Positions 45,767-57,700 of a stretch of 64,000 nucleotides of DNA are shown here, piece after piece; the stretch's first letter is position 1; each line of letters opens with the position of its first letter. The notes below the pieces were generated by a model. The model was not told the origin of the DNA. It searched no databases and was given only the letters and a program-made list of their open reading frames with translations. The position numbers and the translations under genes are program-made. The DNA comes from an uncultured Lachnospiraceae bacterium (GTDB taxonomy: Bacteria > Bacillota > Clostridia > Christensenellales > UBA1242). The stretch spans positions 192 to 64,191 of the forward strand of contig CAYMVO010000005.1 of NCBI GenBank assembly GCA_964393975.1, read 5' to 3'.

Positions 45767-48700
45767 TTAATTTTTTATAACTATACACGTGTAAGTCACA
45801 CTAGAACCGTTTAATTTATCGGTAATAGTTATCTTGCACTCCATATTACTTGAAATGCCCGTAATCTTTAACACCCCAGTATTTTTATCGTACGTAAACT
45901 CACCTTTAGCAATATCGCATACCACATCAAAATCAGTAGGAGCAATATCGGCACCTCTTGCAAGTTTTATAATCTCATTAATACTCATACCACCTTCAGT
46001 GTTTAATGAATAATTAAGCACATTAGGTGTCTCATCTATCAACAAAACTTTTCTTGCATTTACTGGAACATTCACCACAAAACTAGTAGTATCACCGCTC
46101 TTTTCCGCAGTTATGATAAATTCAATCGTAACAGTAGTCCCCGCAAGACTTTTGTTTGCCTTAAATGTATAAGTACCATCTTCATTTTTAACCATATCGT
46201 TATCTTTATCCAACCCACCATTTACTTTTATAGTTGTGCTAAAATTATTAGTAGTACTTGGTTTATTTAACCAAGAATTGTAAATGCTATATGAAATATT
46301 TACAGTTCCGTTTTCCTCAATAGCCTCCGCAGTGCAAGTATCATTAGCAGGTTTACCACCTATCATAATATCTTTCACCTCATAGGTAGCAAGGCAATTC
46401 ACATCCATATACCCTACATAAGTTTTATTATCTTTAGACAAAGTAATCTTTAATATTTGTATTGAATTATTAAATATATCCTTTACAGTAAGCTTGCTAC
46501 CAGTAATCGTTGCAATACAACTAGTCGCATCAATCAATTTTCCGTCCTTGTCTACTAATTCAAACTTATAAACAGTCGCATCAATCAATTTTCCGTCCTT
46601 ATCTAAGAACGTAGCCAAAAATGAAGTTAGGTCTATAGATTGACTAGAATATAGAGCCAGCGCTTCACCTTTTCGCTCAAAGTCGTACACGATTTCACTC
46701 ACACTTACGACACAACTATTTGTATAAACATTTTTAGTACCTTTGTAAGAGTAATTAAATACTATCCTGTATTTATTACCTGCAGAACCATCTAAGAACC
46801 TTATATCACTGCCACTTATTGTGACATTTTCATCATCTTCACCGGTCTCAATATTCTCACAACTTATAGTCACACCGTCGATGCCATCAGTTTCGCTAAA
46901 TTCAGTTCCAAACTTTAAAGTACTCGTAATATCTATACCAGATTGTGTCACCTTGATCAATTCTTTTGCATCGATAGTTGAGTCTGGTTCAATATATCTC
47001 ATACTCTCGGTAACCGAAATATCATAAGACGCCTTAATCAATACAACAATATACCCCAAATAAACAGTATCATTGTACTCTACTTTCACTGTCACTTGGA
47101 TATAAGTATCCGCCAAAACATCATTCGCATAGATGGTTTTAGGTGCATTAGTATTTATTACAGCTTCCGCGCCTTCATATTGCAATGAATAATCGACAAG
47201 TGTTCCTTGCGATAAAATATCCAATTCATCGATCATAGCGACCTCATCTTTTACTAGAACGTATGATCCTATTTGACTAAGCGCAACATATCTAGATGCG
47301 TTTGACTCTATCTCAATAATCTCGCTTGATGGCGTAAAGACAAATTCTTGTGCTTTTATACCGTTGGTCTCAAGATTTGTTATGTATTCCAAAGTGTTAC
47401 CTACAACATCGGTCAATACATATCTTACCACATAGACTAGTCTACCCTCCTCATCAACATTATAAGTAATACTATTAATACTTGGCTTTATTGATAATTT
47501 CATTGTAGACGCGCTAGCAGTATTATCTTCTGTCTTGGTCTCTGATGCAATGTCAAGTTCGGTGCTACTATTCAAATCGACCTTTATATCATTAATTGTA
47601 AGCGTCATTCCACTATTGACAGCATCAAATACTTCTTTTGCCCCAATATCAAATGAGGTATTAGCAGTCAAATTGATATAATTACTATTCGTCGAAGTCT
47701 CTTCGACAGTAAATGCGGGTTTCTCAATAGGTAGTATGATAAATGTAATAGGTGTACTTTGCTCATTATATTTGATAGTGACCGTTATATCTGTAACATT
47801 TAACAAGCTCTTAGTCGTTAAAATACCATTCTCATATTCTACCCCATTCTTATTCTTATCATTAATAGTTACTTCGTAATCCTCTAATTTACTCGATGTA
47901 AATATATTATTGCTATATTGTAGCTCATATACCTCTATTAATTTAGAAATATTATATTCCGTATTACTATTTAACACCACACCATTAGGTAAGTAATATT
48001 TATACCAGCTATTTTCGATCGCGTCGTACTTTCCATCGACGCTATTAGTCGTGTATGTTTCACCCCAACCATCAGTATAAGTGGTAGTCGTTATGGTAAA
48101 CACGCCAACACTATTAGTTTTTGACTCTTTCGTAAAGTTTGTGTTTGTATAGCCTGTAGGTGTTACAACAATATTGATAGTCGCATCCAAAATCACATTG
48201 CCAAATAAAGTTGCCTTTAGAGTCGTGATTTTGTTTTTACCATAGATACTCAAAGGTGAAGTAATTTTATACTTTTCAAATGCTACCTTTTTTCCATTTG
48301 AAAGCTCATATATAATATTATCATTGCTATAATAGCCACCTATCCAGTTGGTCAACTTATCCTTTAAAGACATATCACTAATACCTGCGTCAAGTGTTAT
48401 AGTCGTTTGTGCTTTTGTATAGTTAAATACAAAATCTAAATATACAGTATACCATTCATTATTGTCTTTATCATAACACTCAAAACGATAATATAAATCA
48501 CTTTCTTTAAATGCGCTTACAGTCGTAGACTGTTTTGTTTTCAAATATTGATTTAAAACATCTCTAGCATCAGACTCATTGATACTACTTGCGGTTTTTA
48601 ATTTATTCAACGCATCGATATCATTATTATCATCCACAGTCACTGTAATAAATTTATCACTATTGACCTTTTTACTTAAATCAGCATTAATATATACATA

Positions 48701-51700
48701 CAACAAATTGTTTGTAATAGTAATCTCATTACTGGCTTCAACTTTTGTAATAAAATTAATTGTAATAACATACGAATATGCCTTTTTTACAAATGATATA
48801 GATTTACTATCTGATGAAGATACAATCTCTGCATTAGCGACAAATACAGATACATCGTTTAAATCAACACTTTCACCTAATTCACTCTTTATCGCATCAA
48901 ACACATCATTAATAGAGACTTGAGTAGAACCACTAAACAATTTATTTATCTTATTTATATCATAAGATTCTAACACATTGTCTTTTTCAATTATTTTCTT
49001 AGTCGTAGCAGGGTTTATGATAAAGTGAATGATGCAATTTTTATTATTTTCCAACTTACCACTACTAATAGGGGCGTATTCTAAGTAAAGATATGCCTCT
49101 GTTACGTTATCATTAATAGTCACATATTCATTTCCATTTTCTACAGAATACTCGCAATCATTACATACTATTGTATTATTATCTATCGTCCCCTTTATTA
49201 TTTCTTTCAAATCGATCTTTCTATTTGCGTTATCAAACTTATAAATACTAGTGTTACTTATCGCAGATACTTTTTGCGACAAACTCAAGGTCGATAATTC
49301 TTTTTCAGGAATAACAAATGTATACAATTTACTTTGCTCACCACTTTTAAATGTCACGCTAATAGTTTGTTCTTTCAAAACAAGATAGTATTTACCATCA
49401 GACAAACTCCCCGACTCTTCTCGTTCGATCGTATATACACCACCATTACCATTAATAGTCTCACTATCCACTTTGACCTCGACATCAAAGTCGGTAAATG
49501 CACTAAAGTCCAACTCAAACTCACGATCATTTATCTCTTTTAGACAATCACCTAATGTTTCGAAAGTCGGAAAAGTGCTAGGAAATTCTATTTCTACAAA
49601 CGCTACCAAAGGGCGATTACTACTACTATCAGTACCGGTACATTTTACCCAAACCTCTCCACCATTTTTGTTTGAGCATACAACATCACACGCACCAGTA
49701 CCATCCTCCTCTATCGTGACATCGCTTATACCGCTAACAATGCTGTAGCTATTTGCTCTTATTGATTTGCTACCAACCGTATAAGTCACCCCAAAATACA
49801 ACCTATTAAGAGTATATATACTATTTATTTTATAGCTAAGCTCATACTTATCCTTGACGATATAATACTCCCCATCTATTTCATAAATGTAGCCAACCTT
49901 ATCAAAAACGCCTTTCTCATCCTCCTGTGTGACATTTGTTGATTCCACACCTCCGCTAGGTTTGTATATCGTCAAACTTTTAGTATAAGTAAATGGTTCA
50001 CCTTTTGAGACAAATCCCGCTTTAGTGTAAATCTCCGTCATACTTTCGCTACTCGTTTTATTAACGGTAATAGAGAAAGCGTGCGTGAATATACGTTCAC
50101 CATACTTTAACTTAGCGACTAAACCGTAAGTCATATCTTTCAACGCACAATCTATTGTTAATTTATTATTTTTAAATTTAACATTTGTGCTATCAGAGTA
50201 AATTTTTTCAATTTTCAAATCATAAGAGCGACCTTGCATAGAAGACAGTGTAAAAGTAGGAGTAATATTCACATTAGAAGAATACTCATTATCAATATTA
50301 TCACTAATGCTAAAATCATTTCTTAGCATTACATGTATGGTAAGTGTAAATGTTTTTCCATTTTTCAAAGTGTATGTTTTTACGTAATCATAACCTTTAG
50401 TGTTGTTATCCACTGCGCCCTTATAACACAAAAACACACCACCTTTATAATAATCACTATTCTCAGTCTCTTTTGCACTATTATAAAATTTTTCATCTAA
50501 GAAATTTTCCAAATCTACACTATCACCCTCAGACACGCTAAGTTCCGCGCCGTTATTAGTCTCACTAATAACATTTACACCGGAAGGTATAGTATACGTC
50601 AAAGGAGTTATTGTAACCTTTACATTCTTAACACACTTTACGCCTAGTCCAGTAATATTTAAAACGATATCAAAAGACGTTGATATAGTTTCACTTCCTC
50701 TAAGATTCTCATCTACAGATATAGTCCATTTATTATTAGTCTTTTCAATATTTAGATAACCATTAGATAATATGTCAACAGTATATGATGTTTCAGTAAC
50801 ATTTGTAAAACTTAAATAATACGCATCGTTCTTGTTATTAAGAATAGAGATTTGCGAACCACTCATTAGCTCAATCGTGCTAACATCTTCATTACCTTTC
50901 CACAAAGAAACACTATATGTTGTAGTCTCAGTTGCTTGAGTAACCGCTACGAGATCAAATACGACAAGGTTCATTGTGTTATTTAGTGTATAGGTTATGC
51001 TTACATGTACTCTAAATCCTTCAACGGCATTAAATATACTTAGTTTACCACTTGACGTCAAACTCAAATATTCAATTTTAACATTTTTAGAATCAGTTTT
51101 GGATATACTAACAGTTTTATTATTTTCAGAATCAGTTTTAGATATACTAACAGTGCCTATTTCACTAGATAAATTATCATATAATACACAATCAATTTTG
51201 TATGAATCCTCTTTCAAACCGTCTGGTTTCTTGATCGCATTAGAAATCAAATCGAAAGTACCATTCCCGCCCGTATCTAATACGAGATCAAATCTAGACG
51301 CGACTGCACTATAAACACCGCTAGGTTCTACAAGGATACGACCAATAGCGTAATACTTACCACCCACACAAAGTTGTATTTGAGATTCAACGGTTTGTAG
51401 TACATTAGCTCTAGTAATTTTATTATTTTCACCTAAAGTAACCCTTTTGTCCAAACATTTAAACGATATTGTGCTATTATCATCGAACCCTTCAATAGTA
51501 CCAAAATCACTCAATACGAGAGTATCATTCACTTTTTTTGTAACCAATGTTTTGTTATGCACAAATAATGCTTTTTCACCTACAATTCTAAAAGCAAGTG
51601 ATAGTTTATCAATATCATCACCTTTTGATTTAATCTTAATTACACAATCAACAATAACAATGTCACCGACTGCACTATTGCTAAAATCTATAACGCAGTT

Positions 51701-54700
51701 TTGATTAATGGTAGGTTTTTGAGCGTTGTTTTTACCTTGACTATCTACCGCACTAATCACACTAAAGTCATAAATCAAGCCTTCAGTCTCAAATAATGGA
51801 TTATTACGAATAGTTGATATATAATCTTTCAAAGCAAGTTTGTCACCTACATAAGCAGACTCTATACCATTGATATTATCGCTCGCTGAAAAATTGAACT
51901 GAATACTTTTCCTTACAATCACGGTAGTAAAACCAAAATACTCTTTGCCTAACTCATCGGTTAGTTTTACAAGCAGATAGACCTCGGTGTCTGCAAACAC
52001 ATCTTTGTTAATCTTCAAGCAACCATTCTCAATAGTTGCAATACCACTATTATCACCGAACACACTCACAAAGGTGGTAGTACCATCTATCTTTACTTTT
52101 GTAGTCTCACCGTTTTCAGTCTTTTCTATGTAGAACTCACCATTTATGGTATCCAAATCTAAATCTTTGCCCGCACTTGTTTTACGCAAGATTTCATTTG
52201 CTGGCGAATAGTGATAGACATTATCATTAGTCTCTTTTAACATTAATAGTAGAACGACCTTACCACTACCGTAAGTAATAGTCATTGAATAAATATTCTC
52301 GTAAGTACCTACTTGGTTTATTGTAACATATAAACCGCTTACGCCATCAACAGGATATCCATATTTTGTTGTTTGAATATATTGACTGATGTCAAAATTG
52401 TACTTATCACTACCGATAGTCAATATTTTATCTTCTCGATTGAGTGGGGAATCTATCGTTTCATTATTTACCACAGCACTTCTCAAGACACCACTACTAG
52501 AGGTAGTATCCTCAGTGGTCGTCGTCTCAATCTTTTCTAATAAAATATAATCGCTACTACTCGCCTTACTCTCTATACTATAATCGGGCATAACCGTAAC
52601 ACTCGTTATACCCGTATAAATAGTTTTATCAACAGTATATGTAACCAATATTCTAACGGTCGTTGTCTCAGATATACTAATACCAGCTTTTACTTTTAAA
52701 GTATTACTCACCACCTCTACTTTGTCTGTATTGTCTAGCAAACTAAACGCACTCGTCCCGCCAACAATCTTTGTACCATCACTACCAGAAAAACTATCTC
52801 CAAGATAATTCAAATCTAATGATTGACTAGCATACATTTTGTTAAGGTTTGTATTCACCTCAAAGGAATAGTTTTTCTTTATCTTGTAGTATACAGTACA
52901 AACTGTAACATTGCCAAGTTTTATATAAACCTGACTAACCATATCTTCACTAGCCATTACATTACTAAAGTCAACAATATATTTATCATTTTCAGAAGTA
53001 ATAGTAACATCCTCGTTACTATCCTCAATAGTGTATCCTTTGCTTAAAATCTTACCAAGATCAACATCGCCCTCGGCGTTTGTTAGCGTGCTTGATATAT
53101 TAGGATCTATAAAGTCTATACTGAGATAATTGGTCAATTCAAAAGTTGTCACGTCATCCTCAAACTCTGCAGGCTTTACCTCACTAGTATCACTACTAAT
53201 ATAGTTAACATTAGGTAAGATCGCTATAAAGTAAGCACATACCTCACTACCATTATTTTTTACACTTACCTTCTTTTTAGTGATTTTACTTACTGCTTTT
53301 GGAGTAAATACCCCATTTGTAACCTTTTCGTCCTCTACTTCAATAGTAAATACCGTAGCCTTTGAAAGAGATATTGTTTGATATCCACCGTCCTTGTACT
53401 CTTGAAGAATAATGTACATATCATTATTAGTATCAAAGACATTATAATCTTCAAGACTATAAACGCTATCTTGTGCAACATTTTCACTGATTGCTTTATT
53501 GGTCACGCAAATATAGTTTGGTAGTATCGCCACATAATAATTTTCATACTTAATGTAATCAGTAAAAGTAATCTTGACCTTTATTATCAAATCAACTCTT
53601 GTAGCAACATCACTCTCTAGAGTAAGAGTAAACCCATCAGTAAGCTCCTCTATTTTAAGCAAACTACTTGTGTCACCATTTGTATCTTTGCAAGATAAAC
53701 TCGTTATCTCTCCACCACCAAATTGTGTTTGGTTCAAACTATAAGCTTTAGTACCACCTGTTTTGAGGAGAGTAACTTTACTATTCACAGACTGATTTAA
53801 AATCAAAGGGTTATCCTTGCTATTTACCTCACTATTTGCATTATAGAATACTGCAGGGGTAGGGTAAAGCATAAACGTATACTCAGCATTAGCAATTGCA
53901 GTGCCATTTACACAAGCCGTAACAACAAATTTAGTACCATCGATATCCGCCAAATTAGTTAATTGAAAACCAACTTCACCTGTCGTCGTAGTGGTGGTAG
54001 TGACCACTTTGGTATAATCTACTTTATTTTCTTTATTTTCTCCATTAAATGCTTCATAAGTGTAAGATAAGTTATCAACTTTGCTACCATCTATTTTAAC
54101 AACGGTCAAGTAATCTTCAATCTTATAAATAGGATTAGTAGCGCCATCATAGGTTAAATTGGTCATATCTTCTAATTTATTAATAACGTATCCACTCGTA
54201 AAGTATATATTGTATGTAATGTCTTTAAATTGTTCTTTTGAATTATAATAAGAGGTATAAAATCCGATAGATATCTTAGCACGTTCTATAGCTCCACTAT
54301 ACTTCAAAACGTTATCTTCAATATAACAAGTAACATCACTCTTTTGGATAATATACATATACAAACCGCTTGTATAATCTCTACTACCTTTAGTAGCACT
54401 CACATTCGTACCGAATATATCAAGCCTTTGTTCGTTCCCACCTCCACTTGCATCCAAGCACTCAAAAGTCTTATCTGTTTCTATAATATTAGAAGGATTT
54501 GAGTATTGTAAATTAATCTTGACATTATCAATATTATTAACGGTGCTATTATCCATTATGTATACAGAGTAAATATCAAACAATCCGCCCTCGCTAGTAA
54601 TCGCTATCCAAATAAGTGTAGGTATTTTGATATCACTTGTAGCACTGATAGATATATTAGTAGCATTTTTGGATACATCAAGTGAAAGTTTTGTGCTATC

Positions 54701-57700
54701 AGACCAAGAAGTATCGTCATAGTCTAATTCTAGCACTCTAAATGAAAGTTTGTTATTGATATTAGTTTTTTCGCTTTCAACAATATTTACCGCTTCAATG
54801 TATTCACTCAAATCAACACTCTCACCCGATTCCATTTCTAAGTATCCCAAAGTATCAAATTTGTCGCTAGTCAAGGTCGCAATATTTAAGCTATTAAACG
54901 AATTTATCATAGCGTCTTTATCTAGCCCCAACCCGACTAATTTATTTTCCTCAATCGGATAAGTCAAAGTCAATTTTTGTCCCGCGCTCAAACTAAAGTA
55001 CGCACAAAGTGGTTCGACACCCTCCAAGCCTTCTGGAGTAGCCTGTATCTTAAGCTTCACTGTATCAGCTACTTGCGTAAACTTGATATATCCACCCTCT
55101 AAATAAGCAAATGGCACTTCGGTATATTCTGACACCCCAGCACCTAAGTCATCTATCCTATATGCTTTGATAGATAGTTCTAGATCAGATTGCCCATTAT
55201 ACGTCTTTGCACTATATACTTCATTTAACGCTACTAAGCTATTACAATTAACAGAATAAGGATTGCTTTCATTATTAAATCCATCATTAGTCTTGTAATA
55301 ATCACCCTCACCGACATCTTGTAATACTTTGACCTCTAATATTATTCCTGTAGCAATATTATTAATAAACACTTCAATACTTGCAGTATCATCCCCTGAA
55401 TAATTTAGACCTGTTAAATATGCACTCTTACTACCTTTTTCATATAATACGACGTAATATTTTGATTGGTTAGGTTCGCCAAAACTAATCGCATCTTTTA
55501 AAGTGCTTGAATTTGCAATTGTTAAACAATCATACAACGTTTTGGTCTCATTTTTATGTATAATAAACCTACCATCTTCATCCTTATTCTCATTGATTAT
55601 ACTCAACTCATAATATGGTATCACAGTTATCACTCTATCAAACACATATTTAGTAGAATAAGCAGTGTATGTCATTTTTACATTTATAACCAACTCGGTA
55701 AATACCTTGCTAGATGAAATTGTTAAAGATTTTTCAGTCGCATCATAGGTAGCGATTTGGACCTCTTGCGTTATCTCAAAAGTAATCGCTGGTCTTGCAA
55801 CAAAATTGCCGGCAAAGTCTTTTGCAAACATCAATCCCTCATTTGTTTCGCTTTCTTTTAGTAGTTTAACAACCTTGTCTTCACTACCCAACTCAACCGT
55901 ATAACTTGACGAAGTATCAATGTCATATTCACCTGCTAAATAAACACGTCTAGTAACGCCACCAACGTCTTCTTCAATGTATTTAGTCAAAATATCAGGC
56001 ACCAATAGTACTTCAAAACTCTTTGAGAACACTTCAGCCCCGTTTTCATCTTTCTCATAGACACGTATAGTCGCTAAAGTAGGTGAAGTCACAGCCTTAC
56101 CGCTAAAGTTATTATAGGTCATAATGCCTGTAGAGCTACCTATAGTCACATAATTTGATTGGTCTACGCGATAATATATATTACTGATATTATTAGTCGA
56201 TGAACCGTTAACTGCAGTGACATTTATATACGTACCCTTAAATGTAACCTTGTTATCAGATTTGTGTACAAAGGTGATGTAGTCTACACCATTCCACCTA
56301 CTAACCACTGCTTGATTTTGAGTAGAAGATGACGCACTATCGGAATTGATGTATTCATTATAAGCTTTAGATAAATCTAGTTCTACTTTTAGATTATTCT
56401 TCAAGGCAAACCTTACATATAAAACATCATCAAACTCACTTGTGAGAACAATAGTCACAATTTCTGAAGATGCCACATTTTTAACAAACTTAACATCTCC
56501 TCTTTTTGTGAGTCCATTCTCGCCGTCTACATTTGCTATTATAGCGCTATTAGTAGTGGTTAAAAATGAAAGCTCTACTAGACCACTATTTTCTTTGCCA
56601 TTATAGTAGTAACCTACCATATCCAAAACATTCGCAGTCTGTCCGTAGTAAACCTCTTTGCTATAGGTCGCGCCATTTTGATAAAGCTCGCCATCCTTGA
56701 CATCAATGCCTTCATTGCTTAACGCACTTGTGGTTTTATAACTACCTGTCAAAGCCCTTAATATAATAGTAATCTCATCATATATTTGGTCATTTTCAGC
56801 GCTCACTGCGCGAATGGTGACGCCAGTATCTTTGGTCGCTTTTTTAAAGTCCAACATCTGTTTACCATTAATAGTCTTAATAGCAATATACTCAGCATCG
56901 CTACTCACAAGATTATAGTTTGTATTTTGTCCATCTATAGCGACTGAATAATCAAACTCACCTCCCTCGTTCTCTGAGCCATTTACATAATAAATTTCTT
57001 TCCAAACAACAGTAGAATTTGCAACACTTGCTCTATATACAAAAGTCTTTTTCGTCGTTTGATCTTCACTCTTCACATTTAATTTTACACTCTTAACACT
57101 TGTGTCTTTAATAGCATATTCTGCGCTACTACCGACACAATTATTTTCACCATAGTACACCTCAAAGGTGACATGTTTACCATAATCAGCCAAAGAACTC
57201 TTTGGTATAGAAAAATCTATACAATAATAATCATCCAAAGTCTTATACAAAGCACTATCTAGTTGAATTTGTGCTGATTTAGCAGTTTGTTTATCCAAAT
57301 ACTTTATACTAATCTCATCTATTACTCTAGCCAAAACATTGATATCAACATCTTCGCCATTATATACAGGTCTTATATAGAGTTTGTATTCGTTGTTTTC
57401 CAAAAGAGTGTAGTCTACTACATCCTCAATTGACTCATTTTTTTCTTCCACAATACGCACAGCCACTTCTTTTAAAATCGTTTGAACATCCAATTTTAAG
57501 TATGTATATTTGTATGTGTAAGTCCCTGATTGAGCATATTGTATTTCATTACCTTCGTAATCGGTTTGAACTAAAACAGCATAAATATTCACCTCCACAT
57601 CGCGAAGCATAGTAAGTATACCGCTTGCATAGGTTTGCCCGTCGTATTCTCCACCAGCAATTAAAACGCCGTAAATATTACGCTCCAATAAGTATGGGAC

